A stretch of 57,670 nucleotides of DNA from the IMG/VR virus record IMGVR_UViG_3300011338_000368, positions 1-57,670 of that record; one strand, given 5' to 3'. This document shows, one piece after another, positions 39,700-50,211 of the stretch. The stretch's first letter is position 1; each line of letters opens with the position of its first letter. The notes under the pieces were generated by a model. The model searched no databases. It was not told the DNA's origin and saw only the letters and a program-made list of their open reading frames with translations. Origin of the DNA: a virus (taxonomy: Duplodnaviria > Caudoviricetes). Both the position numbers and the translations under genes were made by a program.

Positions 39700-42120
39700 C
39701 TACCTCGGTTCAAACTCTCCAAGACTAAATCCGTCTAAAGAATCCTCGTTTGACTCAAAGTCTACAGCAGATGCTTTGTTTTGTCTTTGCTCTATTAATT
39801 TTGATTGCTGTGTTGCTTGTATCTTTGTTCTATTATCTTTAGCTTCCTCCTTCTTCATGTCTCTGCCATTAACTAACTCTATCTCTGCCTGCTTTAATCT
39901 CATCTGCATTTCAAACTCTTGGTTCATTAACTCAAGTTTTAATTGAGCTTCTCTTTCCATCTTGGCCATGTCTGCTTGAGATTGAGCTTGAATTACCTGC
40001 ATTTTAACCTGTGCTTCAATCTGTAGAGACTGAGCTTTTGCTTGGCTAGATGCTTGTGCTGATTGGATATTGCCTTGAGTTTGCTGCTCCATAGCCTGCT
40101 TCTGCTCATCCATTCGCTGCTTATCCCTTGACTTTCTTCTTTGCTTCAACAATTCGTTAGCAAGCTTTATATTTTTCATGTTTCGGATGTCAATAGCATC
40201 CTCAAGATTAATCTGCCCTACTTTCAATGCAACACCGATATTATTCTCTAATTGATTTTCTTGCTCTGAGTCTGGTGATACCTCTAAGAAAATTCCGAAG
40301 CTATGCAATGGCAATGATTTTATCTCGTCTAGCATGTCGTAATTATACTTACCAATCTGCATTGCGAACTCTTCTCTATTGTCAGAGTACTCTAACACAT
40401 CAGCAATCCTGTATGATATAGCCTCACTTAACATCTTTGTAATATATACGCTGGCATTTAGAATATGCCTAGTCGCTGTGTTACTATTTGCAGCAGCTAA
40501 CTTTTGAAGCCCAACCAAGCTATTTGGGTCAGGAGTACTTGCATCTCTTGCTTCGTTTAACCCTGTCACATCTCTAATCATACCTAAGTAGTGATTATAG
40601 GTGCTAGTTAAGCTATTTATTTTACCTTGTCCATTGTTACTGTTTAACTCTTGGATAGGTATTTTACCATGATTCAATTCGCCATCCTGAGTATATGAAC
40701 GACCAATAACGCTACCCGTTGTGAAGTACATGTTTAATGCATCCTCTGGAGTATATGAGCCACCGTTACCTAAGTCAACTTCATTAATACCATCTGCATC
40801 TATAAACACACCATCTGGAACAATTCTGCTTAATACCTGCTGCAACTTTAAATGCGTCATCTGTATTAAGTCTGCAAAAGGAATCATTCGCTTAGTCAAA
40901 GACTCAATCTCTCCCTTATAAATTCTTGGTGCACATGCTACATAGTTTGAATAGGTCTTTTGAATTGCGGCATCTGGTCTTACCATATTCTTACAAAGCT
41001 CCCATTTGATAAGCATATTTGACCCTAGCGTCATTACGCCTTCATACCACACCTCAATCTTCTTATCTAGCTTTTCAAAATTCTCATTTGGCTCTGGATT
41101 AAAACTATCATCTTTCTTAACTACCTTCTCTCCTCCATTGTTTAATTTCTTTTTCTTATGGACAATGCTGTTAGTTGTTTTATAATTAAAGTATAGTAAT
41201 GTTACAGTATCTTTTTGGAACATGCTATCTCTATATTTTGCCATTCCTATGTAGTAATCACCAAATTCTTGTCCGCCTCTTACCGCTTCCTCTAACTCTT
41301 CTTCATCCATATCTGGGTCTAACTTCAATAACTCGCTTACATGTACAGTCTTAACTTCTCCCCAATAAAAACAATCAGAGAATGTAGGAGACTCTGTATA
41401 TGAATGAACGACTGTTGCTGGGTCAACATATTCAATCCTAATTCCATCATTAATATTAAATGAATGTTTAGCTATCCCAATTCCAAGGGTTGTTAAGTCG
41501 TAGTGAAACTTATCTCTTAGATTTTCATAGTTGTTTAATTCAAAAATTGTATCAATAGCTGTCTCCTCAGCTATTTCTATTCTTGGCTTATATTTCATTT
41601 GCATGAATAAAGAAAGCTCATCATTTGTTTCTGGCAACTCGTCTGGTGGAACCTTAAAAGTATCAACACCAAAATTCTCCTTTATAGCCATTAATACAGG
41701 CTTTGCTATCATTTGAGACTTAATCATTTGCTGATACTTGTTTCTTTCATCAGCAGACATAGCGTCAACAGCTCTAGCCTTTGTACTAAAAGTTCTATCA
41801 GACATCCCATTTACAACAATATCAACAAACTTTGGAATAATAGGAACTGGAGTCCAGTCCATGTTTATATGTGACAAGTCTTCCCCAAACCCTTTTTTAT
41901 ATTTCTGAATAGGCTGCTCGCCTCTAGCATATAATCTAGTATTATGGAAATCTGTCCATCTAGTAAAAAATTTGCAAGTACCTCCGCCTTCCTGAAACCA
42001 TTCGTGCTGTATTGCTTTACCTATTTTTAATCCGTATTCTTCAGTAGCTTTTACTGAGTCTTTTGTATTTACACTTGGGAATGGTTGTTTCGGAATTGAT
42101 ATATTTTTTTTATCTCTCAT
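39700..42120 (-). CDS. portal protein
   Basis: RLYARGEQPIQKYK, DWTPVPIIPKFVDIVVNGM, IRDVTGLNEARD; Q-rich C-terminal coiled coil; follows terminase. Confidence 0.85.
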   Translation of the reverse strand: MRDKKNISIPKQPFPSVNTKDSVKATEEYGLKIGKAIQHEWFQEGGGTCKFFTRWTDFHNTRLYARGEQPIQKYKKGFGEDLSHINMDWTPVPIIPKFVDIVVNGMSDRTFSTKARAVDAMSADERNKYQQMIKSQMIAKPVLMAIKENFGVDTFKVPPDELPETNDELSLFMQMKYKPRIEIAEETAIDTIFELNNYENLRDKFHYDLTTLGIGIAKHSFNINDGIRIEYVDPATVVHSYTESPTFSDCFYWGEVKTVHVSELLKLDPDMDEEELEEAVRGGQEFGDYYIGMAKYRDSMFQKDTVTLLYFNYKTTNSIVHKKKKLNNGGEKVVKKDDSFNPEPNENFEKLDKKIEVWYEGVMTLGSNMLIKWELCKNMVRPDAAIQKTYSNYVACAPRIYKGEIESLTKRMIPFADLIQMTHLKLQQVLSRIVPDGVFIDADGINEVDLGNGGSYTPEDALNMYFTTGSVIGRSYTQDGELNHGKIPIQELNSNNGQGKINSLTSTYNHYLGMIRDVTGLNEARDASTPDPNSLVGLQKLAAANSNTATRHILNASVYITKMLSEAISYRIADVLEYSDNREEFAMQIGKYNYDMLDEIKSLPLHSFGIFLEVSPDSEQENQLENNIGVALKVGQINLEDAIDIRNMKNIKLANELLKQRRKSRDKQRMDEQKQAMEQQTQGNIQSAQASSQAKAQSLQIEAQVKMQVIQAQSQADMAKMEREAQLKLELMNQEFEMQMRLKQAEIELVNGRDMKKEEAKDNRTKIQATQQSKLIEQRQNKASAVDFESNEDSLDGFSLGEFEPR

Positions 42121-45100
42121 TATTTAATATCTGACTTGTTCTACCAGAATTGTCATACTTCGCAAATTTAATACTTATTTTTGTATTCTCAGTCTTAGGA
42201 ACATATAAATGGCGCTGTCCAGCCATTATTGCAAGCCCACTACTTATCGAAGCATCAAATTTAGTTCTGTTATTTATATCAAACTTAGCCCAAGACTGTA
42301 ACGTCTTATTAAAAAACATATCTCCAATATCTTCTGAGTTTCTGTATGTTCCATCTAGGTCGTATCCAACATATTTTTCTATATATGTTTGGATGGCATC
42401 TGCGTGTGCCTGCTTCACGTCTTCACTCGTGTTCGGTATTCCCCCAAGCTCTCTTTCTGTTACTGACAGTTTTGCTAGTGGCTTATCTGGCCTATTCATG
42501 CTGAATGGCCTATATCCTCTATTCTTTAAGTGGTATAGCAATCTAGGTTTATTATTCTCTGCCAAAATTTGCATTCCATAAAAATGAATTGCCATTATTA
42601 CATCCTCGTAAAATATCTCCGCTGTTTGTGGCCTAGATATGTATTCAAGGAAGAAATGGTTCGTAGGAACTTGTTCCATGTGAAACTTAGTAAGCCCGTG
42701 TAACGCTCCATTTGAACCACCACCACCAACTACTCCAGATATGTCGTAGCTATCGCATCCAAAAATACCTAGATGCTCATTCAGTGGGTATCTTAAATTA
42801 TTTCTTACAGCTACATTGTTTTGCAGGTGTGCTGGAGGAATCCATGATACTAAAAATCTTCCTTTATTATCAGGAGTCCAAATAACTTTTGTATCTTTCT
42901 CGCCATTATACCAGCTGAAATATCCTCTAGTTAAAGTCCTACCCTCTATCATCCCTTCGTTATAGTCTATCTGCTGATATATTTTTGTAAGGTTAAATAG
43001 GCTACTTATGCTCTCGTCTCTAAAAGCATGGCTCTCCGTTCTTGGGAACTGCCTATAGTGTTCGTTTAGTGCGTCTGAGTCATTCTTTAGTGACTCTACC
43101 TCATTGTTCCAATGCTCTATTACGCCAATAGAAACAAATTCACCATCTGAAGTTTCAACAGATTTTCCTTTCTCTACCTCTAGTATAGGGAACCCCCATT
43201 TATCGATATATCCCTCAAAGTTCCATTCCATCGGGATAAACAATGCATATAACCCACTGGTAGTTTGTCCATTATTGTTTCTTACCCTTGGATTTGACTT
43301 CTCGAATAACTCTTTAAATTCAGCTCCACCTTTTGATAATGCATTACTAGTACTACCCATCATACACTTACCGACAATGTTCTTACCTAGTCTTAAACAT
43401 GTTTTTGTTACCTTCCAGTTATTTAATATATTTTCAGGCTTTACCCATTTTCCGCTATTTAAACTTACGGTAAAGTCTTCAAGTATTAACTTTCTCTCAT
43501 TATCATTTTCCCCATCAACTTGTATTCCTACATAATTACCTTTCCCTATATACTCTACATCAACTTTATTCCTTCTTCCCTTTGTCTTAGGCTTATAGTT
43601 ATCGAAAGATTTCTTTTCTGTTAGTATAGGTATTATAGATAAGTCTCCAGATATACAAATTCTATAGACATCAGTATTGAAATTACTTATTTTATGCTTA
43701 ATATTAGAGCATGATAACCCACAAGATAAAGCTAGAAATCTTATTTGCTCTATCAAATCCTTACGACTCATGCCTAATTCAATAGAACCTTTTTTATGGT
43801 CAGAATATCCATCAGTATCAACTAATCCTGCTAGTAACTGAAGCCTTGCCTCTATAGATGACTGCATGTAAATATCAGGTATATGCTTATTATTATACAC
43901 CCCTATATCTCTTAGCTCTTTATTTATTCCTTTAAAAGCAAATTCAACTATTTTTTTTGAAGTTGATTTTTTAAGCTCAAAATCTATATTTCGCATTTCA
44001 GCTATTCTTCCAAGATAAGCCAATAACTCAGGCTCTTCATCTTTATTTACTAATATTGTAAATGCGCTTTGTCTTCCATCCCCTAGCCACATACCTAGTA
44101 GGTATGGAGGTATAGTTATATTTTTATCGTCAGACTCTATCCCGTTTGAAGTAACTCTAGTTAAGTGCTGTTTTTTAAATCTAGAAGAAGACATGTACTC
44201 TTTTGGAGTCATTATAACTTCCTTATGTCCTTTATTATAGTAGTGATTTAAAACTAATCTATGATTTTCTGTTACAACATAATCTTTCCCATAAGGTTGT
44301 TTAATCCTATAAGTGTCAGTAATACCTTCCGTTTTATTTACTATAATTTTTTCTATCCCACCTTCAACAAATACTTTGTCCCCAATTTTTAAATCTTTTA
44401 TCTTTTTAAAAGTCCAATCACTAGCTAGTATTAATGTCTCTGGGTCATAGCACTCATCCTGAAGCAAAAATTTAAGCTTGGCACCATCATAACTATTGTC
44501 CGTAGTGGACTGCCAGTCAATTACTGTATTCAATCCATCCAACTCTTCTTCGTCTGTACTAAACATTGTTTTCCTAGTCAACCTACTAGCTGGAACCCTA
44601 TACGATATCTCCATTTTAGGTCTGTCCATACCATCCTGAATTGGCCTGAAGAAAAACGGATAGTTAAGCCCCATAGGTACTACTTTTTCAGTAAATAACT
44701 TCTTCGCATCGGCACCAGTTTTACTTAATATCCCTAGCCTAGCATCTCTGGTAATTGTCCCAATGTTACTGCATTCACTACCTGACATAAACGAGAACCC
44801 ACTTCTTCTGTTCTTTAGGTAGCATATCCCATAGCATCTATTGTCAGCCTTACACGCCTCCCAGAAAATGTAAAATATCCTATTACTTTCCCTAAACTCT
44901 GGCAATCCAACATCTATCTTAGTCCACTGCAAGTACATGTAGTGGCTCCCTGTTAAATAGGTAGGTATTCCTTTATTTAAAAACCAGTGCCCGTTAGCTC
45001 TCTTGTCAAACTCGCCTTCTATATAGTCTATGTACTTTGATTTAAACTCATTTGTTCTAACATTCCATTCTGCTTGAGACTTTATTGATGCTAATTCTTT

Positions 45101-45325
45101 TGGTATTTCATGAGGAACCCATATACCTTCTTCGTTAGCTTCACATTTTTTTTCTTTTGGCAAAGCTATCAATAAATCATTTATATTATAGATATCTCCA
45201 ATTGTTCCATCCTTAGATATTACAATTATGTCAAACTCTTTATTGTACCCATAAGTCCACATGCTCCTAGAATTTCTGGAAGCTTTTACGCTTGATGGTA
45301 CTATATCTTTTTCTATCTTGTACAT
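42110..45325 (-). CDS. terL: terminase large subunit (intein-containing)
   Basis: Walker A KNRRSGFS, Walker B LLQDE|SGKW split by an intein, MGSTSN coupling motif, RNase H-like GCDSYD ... DASISSG. Confidence 0.92.
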   Translation of the reverse strand: MYKIEKDIVPSSVKASRNSRSMWTYGYNKEFDIIVISKDGTIGDIYNINDLLIALPKEKKCEANEEGIWVPHEIPKELASIKSQAEWNVRTNEFKSKYIDYIEGEFDKRANGHWFLNKGIPTYLTGSHYMYLQWTKIDVGLPEFRESNRIFYIFWEACKADNRCYGICYLKNRRSGFSFMSGSECSNIGTITRDARLGILSKTGADAKKLFTEKVVPMGLNYPFFFRPIQDGMDRPKMEISYRVPASRLTRKTMFSTDEEELDGLNTVIDWQSTTDNSYDGAKLKFLLQDECYDPETLILASDWTFKKIKDLKIGDKVFVEGGIEKIIVNKTEGITDTYRIKQPYGKDYVVTENHRLVLNHYYNKGHKEVIMTPKEYMSSSRFKKQHLTRVTSNGIESDDKNITIPPYLLGMWLGDGRQSAFTILVNKDEEPELLAYLGRIAEMRNIDFELKKSTSKKIVEFAFKGINKELRDIGVYNNKHIPDIYMQSSIEARLQLLAGLVDTDGYSDHKKGSIELGMSRKDLIEQIRFLALSCGLSCSNIKHKISNFNTDVYRICISGDLSIIPILTEKKSFDNYKPKTKGRRNKVDVEYIGKGNYVGIQVDGENDNERKLILEDFTVSLNSGKWVKPENILNNWKVTKTCLRLGKNIVGKCMMGSTSNALSKGGAEFKELFEKSNPRVRNNNGQTTSGLYALFIPMEWNFEGYIDKWGFPILEVEKGKSVETSDGEFVSIGVIEHWNNEVESLKNDSDALNEHYRQFPRTESHAFRDESISSLFNLTKIYQQIDYNEGMIEGRTLTRGYFSWYNGEKDTKVIWTPDNKGRFLVSWIPPAHLQNNVAVRNNLRYPLNEHLGIFGCDSYDISGVVGGGGSNGALHGLTKFHMEQVPTNHFFLEYISRPQTAEIFYEDVIMAIHFYGMQILAENNKPRLLYHLKNRGYRPFSMNRPDKPLAKLSVTERELGGIPNTSEDVKQAHADAIQTYIEKYVGYDLDGTYRNSEDIGDMFFNKTLQSWAKFDINNRTKFDASISSGLAIMAGQRHLYVPKTENTKISIKFAKYDNSGRTSQILNNER
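43457..44452 (-). mobile_element. intein (332 aa) with LAGLIDADG homing endonuclease
   Basis: Starts CYDPETLI, block B VTENHRL, LAGLIDADG motifs YLLGMWLGDG and LLAGLVDTDG, ends EDFTVSLN followed by Ser +1. Confidence 0.92.
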
Positions 45326-45609
45326 TATTTAGATGACCTCTTTTCTGCAAATCCCTTAGTATCAACTATTCTGATATCGGCAGTATTATTACTTAATCCA
45401 ATAGCGCTTTCTTGCGCATCTATCTTATCTAGTATGGCAAATGCATCCTCTATTGCTATTCTTTTGGCCTGTGCAGCGCTCTTTAGCTTATCGGCTGATA
45501 GATTATCTTCATCGTTGGTTATAATGGCTTCCTTTGCCACTTTTATCAATTCCTTTACAGCTATTCTTCCAGCTTTTATAATCTCTTCTCTTAGGTCAGT
45601 TGTATGCAT
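45325..45609 (-). CDS. putative terminase small subunit
   Basis: Helical 94-aa protein directly upstream of terL, ending GFAEKRS. Confidence 0.5.
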   Translation of the reverse strand: MHTTDLREEIIKAGRIAVKELIKVAKEAIITNDEDNLSADKLKSAAQAKRIAIEDAFAILDKIDAQESAIGLSNNTADIRIVDTKGFAEKRSSK

Positions 45610-46112
45610 ATATTTCGATTAAACATTCTGTACAATTTCTTATCGTCTATTCTGAACTCGTAGTCAGAGTCTGGTTGATACACCACCTTGTCACCTTTCA
45701 GTATTCCTGAATTTATCATGTCTATGTTTGGATACTCAACTATAGCCGTCAATGGCTCATCGCATAACGACATAAAGCAGTAAGGGCTTGGCGCATACCA
45801 AACTCCATCCCGACTATACATAAAGTATTGGTCTGGGAATATTAAAAACAAATCGTCTTTGAAAAATGAAGGAGAGCTTTTTTCTCTTCCCTTCATATCA
45901 AAATATTTTCTAAAGGTATTATGGTGCACAAGAAGGATGTCTCCAACTTGTATCTCCCCAGAATAGTTTAGTGGCAGTGAGATTATCTCCGCCTGTCTAT
46001 TAGTGGTAGTATGGTCTTCTAAAGATGCGCTTAAAACAAGGCCGCTTTTGTTTACCGAATCATATCTAACTCCACCAACAGGCCTGCACATGAAGCAGTA
46101 TGGTGAACGCAT
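45591..46112 (-). CDS. tandem (double-domain) GroES-like co-chaperonin
   Basis: Internal repeat SPYCFM x2; SGLVL mobile-loop-like segment, IQVGDILLV and LKGDKVVY...EFRIDDKKLYRM. Confidence 0.6.
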   Translation of the reverse strand: MRSPYCFMCRPVGGVRYDSVNKSGLVLSASLEDHTTTNRQAEIISLPLNYSGEIQVGDILLVHHNTFRKYFDMKGREKSSPSFFKDDLFLIFPDQYFMYSRDGVWYAPSPYCFMSLCDEPLTAIVEYPNIDMINSGILKGDKVVYQPDSDYEFRIDDKKLYRMFNRNICIQLT

Positions 46113-46115
46113 ATT

Positions 46116-46340
46116 TTAAAAATTTATATTATATTCAATTGATATTGGCATGTTTATGTTGAATGACTTCCATTGCATTACCTCTTTATGGTCATTTTCA
46201 ATCCAAATTACAATACACCCGTACTCATCCATTTTTATCAAATGTATTTTATGGGTTCCATTTAATATAGATTGCCCGTGGATGTAATGCATGGCACCAT
46301 CTTTACAATCTAAACCTACAGATATTTTCCTAATTTCCAT
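46116..46340 (-). CDS. conserved hypothetical phage protein
   Basis: IRKISVG.D.K..AMHY..GQ...WK.FN.NMPISIEYNI. Confidence 0.7.
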   Translation of the reverse strand: MEIRKISVGLDCKDGAMHYIHGQSILNGTHKIHLIKMDEYGCIVIWIENDHKEVMQWKSFNINMPISIEYNINF

Positions 46341-46560
46341 CTCTGATAATATCTCCTGTGTTTAAATTTAATTCAAAATCACCATACTTGTCGTACAATG
46401 TTTTTTGAATAGACTCTATGTCTGTTGCGTATTTCTGAAACTCCATAGTAGCTAAATGCACTTTGTACTGCGCATCGCCTAGCTTCATTTGTGAAACATA
46501 TAGTGACTCTCTAGCTTCTACTAATTGAGCCAATTCTTCTTCTGTAAGTTTTTCGTTCAT
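46330..46560 (-). CDS. hypothetical coiled-coil protein
   Basis: KLTEEEL..L...KYG...LNL.TG pattern. Confidence 0.7.
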   Translation of the reverse strand: MNEKLTEEELAQLVEARESLYVSQMKLGDAQYKVHLATMEFQKYATDIESIQKTLYDKYGDFELNLNTGDIIRDGN

Positions 46561-46586
46561 GATATTTTATTTAATTTATTTATTTA

Positions 46587-47012
46587 TTATAATAATTGAG
46601 ATAGCATCCATACATCTGTTCCAACCTTTGTTAAAACAATATACGCTTGTGAAGTTGTTGTAGTTATAGCAGATGTACCACCGTTTAGTGTTACTCCAAC
46701 AGCAGGAGATATAGACAATGTAAATACATTTGTTTTTACAATTACTACCTCAGAACCTACTGGTATTGCAGCTGTTGCATTTGAGTTTAAGTTTAATACT
46801 GAATTACTTGCTAGAGTGCAATATATTATATTATTTGCATCTGACAATGATACTTCATTTGAAGCATTTATTGTTTTTACAGATTTTGTATTTACAGTTG
46901 ATGCAACATCAGAAAGTAAAAAGTTTTTAGTACTACCATCCACATCAGAGCCTAATAGCTTAGATAACTTACTTACATTCGTACTGGCTTGATAATCTTG
47001 TATTTCTTTCAT
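46587..47012 (-). CDS. putative virion protein
   Basis: KLLGSD..G.TKNF..., AIPVGSEV.I..., LTKVGTDVW fibre-tip-like domain. Confidence 0.65.
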   Translation of the reverse strand: MKEIQDYQASTNVSKLSKLLGSDVDGSTKNFLLSDVASTVNTKSVKTINASNEVSLSDANNIIYCTLASNSVLNLNSNATAAIPVGSEVVIVKTNVFTLSISPAVGVTLNGGTSAITTTTSQAYIVLTKVGTDVWMLSQLL

Positions 47013-47030
47013 GCTACAAATATATGACTA

Positions 47031-47225
47031 TTATCTTAATTGTAATATAGTTCTGTATTTTCTGAAGTCTTTTTTAAATGTAATAATGCTATCACATCTG
47101 AAGTTTTCAGAATCATTAATTTCTGGTTCTATCTCCATAACAATAGACTTACTATTCTTTTCTTCTATAAACCTCATGCAAACATTCTTCTTTTTGCATT
47201 TTTTATTATTACACCTAACTACCAT
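47031..47225 (-). CDS. small Cys-rich hypothetical protein
   Basis: C....C.....C.RF pattern; coupled to the upstream ORF. Confidence 0.55.
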   Translation of the reverse strand: MVVRCNNKKCKKKNVCMRFIEEKNSKSIVMEIEPEINDSENFRCDSIITFKKDFRKYRTILQLR

Positions 47226-47416
47226 TACCCTATACTATCTATCTCGCAAATTAAACTATACAATTGCTCAATGTAACTATGGTTTTCGCCAAAGTCAAGT
47301 TCTTTTAAACCAAATCTTAGTTTTTGCCTTAGTTCCGATACTGCTATTGATTTTTCTACTGCGTGTAAAAGTACCTTAGCTTCATCCTTGCAGTCTGTTG
47401 TAAATGTCATCTCCAT
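47225..47416 (-). CDS. hypothetical protein
   Basis: 63-aa ORF in operon. Confidence 0.6.
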   Translation of the reverse strand: MEMTFTTDCKDEAKVLLHAVEKSIAVSELRQKLRFGLKELDFGENHSYIEQLYSLICEIDSIG

Positions 47417-47426
47417 AATATTAAAA

Positions 47427-47834
47427 TTAATTTTGTTTATCTATATATGCTATTGCGTTTTCAAGTATTGCTACACTATCCTTAAACATCCCAAGAGCTC
47501 TGTTGCATGTATCGCATAATAACCCTCTAACTTTTCCACTAACATGGCAGTGGTCTACACATAAATACTTTTTCCTATTATTTGATAATTCTGATGCATT
47601 TTTACTACAAATCGCACACATATTATTCTGAGCTTCAAGTAGCATATTATATTCTTCTGTTGTTATTTTGTAGGATTTCATCAAATCACTAGCTCTTGCT
47701 GTAGCTGCATTTCTTCTGCTCGGATAAACCTTGTTACACTCTTTGCATATATTCTTTACACCGCATGGCCTATTGCTTCTTTTATAGTACTCGCTTTTAG
47801 GCTTGTTAACCTTGCACTTACTGCATACCTTCAT
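47427..47834 (-). CDS. endonuclease VII-like HNH nuclease
   Basis: CSKC...CKEC N-terminus; Q...CAIC...LCVDHCH.SGKVRGLLC..CN..LG...D. Confidence 0.9.
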   Translation of the reverse strand: MKVCSKCKVNKPKSEYYKRSNRPCGVKNICKECNKVYPSRRNAATARASDLMKSYKITTEEYNMLLEAQNNMCAICSKNASELSNNRKKYLCVDHCHVSGKVRGLLCDTCNRALGMFKDSVAILENAIAYIDKQN

Positions 47835-47878
47835 ACTGCAAATATACTAATAATATTTATTATTGGCATCATTTGGCA

Positions 47879-49036
47879 TCAAAAAATATTCGTAATCCGT
47901 GCTATCTGGCCATTTCGTTTGCAGTGTAAAAATGCCTCTACTGCTTTGATACTTAAATACCCATTTCTATAATGCCAACTATCTGTTCCTGATGGACTTC
48001 TAAGGCTTTCGATTGTTATTCCCGCATAATCCTTACTAGTCTTATGGTGAACGTGATGGGTATATACATACCTATGCTTAGTCTCAGACCAGAGATTGCT
48101 AAATTCAACTGCCATTAATAATGGCAAATCAGCTATTTTAGCTCCATCCCCATGAGTGGTGCCTATCAGATTGTCATAATATTTAAAAGCTTTTCGATGA
48201 GCTATTGAACAATCAAAAGTTATATTTTCACAATTTTTAAAATAAGTTTCAATCACTTGGGCTAGAAAGAATCCATTTGTATAATCGTGATTAGATGGGT
48301 TGAAAGTAAAGTGCACATCTGCTACTGATAAAAGCATTTCTAATATATCAATATAAAGCTGTTTTGCTATTAAAAAATTATCATACCACATCCCATCGCA
48401 GTCCTGATGCGTACCTGCTGTCGTTGTATTTTTCGGATTATCAACATGCAGGATATCATTCCCTCCTATAAATAATATTTTATCAATATTGAATGATGAT
48501 ATTTTTTGCAATATCCCCTTCACTCCTTCCAATACTCTAGTTACTGCTATTTGATTATTGTATGTCTCTCCTGTCTCAAACGCAGAGCATAACTTCCCGA
48601 TGTGAATATCTGCTGGGTCTATTACAAGCAAGTAACTATCTGAATCTACCTCTCTTTCTATTTTACTAAACTTTGGAGCGTATGCTTGTAGGTCTATTAT
48701 TAATTCATTCTTTAAATTAGATAAATTTACTTCTGCGTTTTCGATATAGTCTGGATTTTTTACAAACAATGATGTATTCTTAGTTTTAACCCACAGATGC
48801 TTTACCTTACTATTCGGAACATCTAACTCTTCTGTAGCGTTATAAATTCCCTCGTTTTTATCTAGCAATTCAGCCCTATGTCTTCTAATGTGCTGGGTGA
48901 GACTATTTACATCTACGCTTTCATCCTTTGACTTATCTGTCTTTAAAATTATCTGTGCGCACTGATGATTACTCATGGCTTCGTTTTCTTGAAGCAATGA
49001 AATTATATCGTTGTTAAACGATGACCATTTACCCAT
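47879..49036 (-). CDS. calcineurin-like metallophosphoesterase
   Basis: DIHIGK, GNDILHVD, SNHD, THGD, HHVHH motifs; ATG 49036 preferred over 49063. Confidence 0.8.
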   Translation of the reverse strand: MGKWSSFNNDIISLLQENEAMSNHQCAQIILKTDKSKDESVDVNSLTQHIRRHRAELLDKNEGIYNATEELDVPNSKVKHLWVKTKNTSLFVKNPDYIENAEVNLSNLKNELIIDLQAYAPKFSKIEREVDSDSYLLVIDPADIHIGKLCSAFETGETYNNQIAVTRVLEGVKGILQKISSFNIDKILFIGGNDILHVDNPKNTTTAGTHQDCDGMWYDNFLIAKQLYIDILEMLLSVADVHFTFNPSNHDYTNGFFLAQVIETYFKNCENITFDCSIAHRKAFKYYDNLIGTTHGDGAKIADLPLLMAVEFSNLWSETKHRYVYTHHVHHKTSKDYAGITIESLRSPSGTDSWHYRNGYLSIKAVEAFLHCKRNGQIARITNIF

Positions 49037-49052
49037 ATTATTTAATTTTTTA

Positions 49053-49529
49053 TTAAAATGCAAGTCTTATAAATCCTTTGCAAGAACTTATAAGTCTACC
49101 GTTAGGCTTTCTGCAAACTTCAAAACCTTCACGGCTTCCTTCGTCATTAGAGTTCCCTTCAATAGTATTTATTCTACTTCCTTTTACCGATGAAACAAAT
49201 CCTGTGTGCCCATGTCCTGAGCCAAAGTCCATGATAAATATATCACCAGCTTTAGGAGTGCTTACCTTCATTGCTGCTGGGATTTTATTCCACTGCGCTA
49301 ACACTCCACCTGTTTTCACTAATGGATTTTTAGTTTTGTTTTGCTTGCAGTATTCGTTAACGCACCAGTATACGAATGACATGCACCAGCTCGCTGGGAA
49401 TGTAATCCCTACTGAAGCTAGGTATTTTTTTACAGCTTCACCCCAATTGCTTCCTTTTGGTACCTCTGACACGCCAAGTTGCGAAACTGCTATATCTAAA
49501 ACGCTATTGAATTTTAATTGCTGTTGCAT
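49053..49529 (-). CDS. CHAP-domain endolysin
   Basis: WCMSFVYWC (catalytic Cys), GHTGFV (His), TIEGNS. Confidence 0.88.
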   Translation of the reverse strand: MQQQLKFNSVLDIAVSQLGVSEVPKGSNWGEAVKKYLASVGITFPASWCMSFVYWCVNEYCKQNKTKNPLVKTGGVLAQWNKIPAAMKVSTPKAGDIFIMDFGSGHGHTGFVSSVKGSRINTIEGNSNDEGSREGFEVCRKPNGRLISSCKGFIRLAF

Positions 49530-49530
49530 A

Positions 49531-49815
49531 TTATTTAATTTTTATTTTGAAATTCTTTAAAAACGGGAATACTGCAACCTCTATCTTTGCCATTAGTCTT
49601 CCAAACTTACCAGCCTTTGTATTTGGTTTGCTGTTTGAATAGTCTTTCAGCATATTCTGCATGCTGTATAAAACTGAATACAGAATAGAGTCCTCATTTT
49701 CATTTGGTTTTACTCTTCGTATTGCAATATTGAAGTGTTTTGCAAATAAATCCTTGTCATCATACTTGTCACCGATTGCTTCAGTGACGATGTAATGTAT
49801 TCTTTCTAAGTCCAT
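49531..49815 (-). CDS. hypothetical lysis-region protein
   Basis: 94 aa with amphipathic basic C-terminus. Confidence 0.6.
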   Translation of the reverse strand: MDLERIHYIVTEAIGDKYDDKDLFAKHFNIAIRRVKPNENEDSILYSVLYSMQNMLKDYSNSKPNTKAGKFGRLMAKIEVAVFPFLKNFKIKIK

Positions 49816-49851
49816 GCCAACAAATATAATACATTGATTTGTAATAAAATG

Positions 49852-50211
49852 TTATTTTGATATTATTTTTTTAAGTCTAGTAATAAATGCATCAATTAAG
49901 TCACCAGCTTTCAATGTAAAATAGTGCATCCAGCTTGCTTGGTTCTCTATTGCTTGCACTACAATTGAGTAACCAAACATCCCACTAGCGTACCCAACAA
50001 CTGCCGTTATCGCTGTAGATACATGGTAGTGTTCGCATAGCATACCAGTTAGATAACTCGTAGCAACACCGTTAAATATTATTATGAACTTTTGGCCTAT
50101 TGTAAACGCATTCTTAGAGCCAAATATATATATGTTTGCTCCTATTAATCCCCACATAACACCTATTGGAAGTGTGATATTCTTAATCTTCTCAATAACT
50201 ACATCAATCAT
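49852..50211 (-). CDS. putative holin
   Basis: Three hydrophobic segments and a basic C-terminus, near the endolysin. Confidence 0.65.
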   Translation of the reverse strand: MIDVVIEKIKNITLPIGVMWGLIGANIYIFGSKNAFTIGQKFIIIFNGVATSYLTGMLCEHYHVSTAITAVVGYASGMFGYSIVVQAIENQASWMHYFTLKAGDLIDAFITRLKKIISK

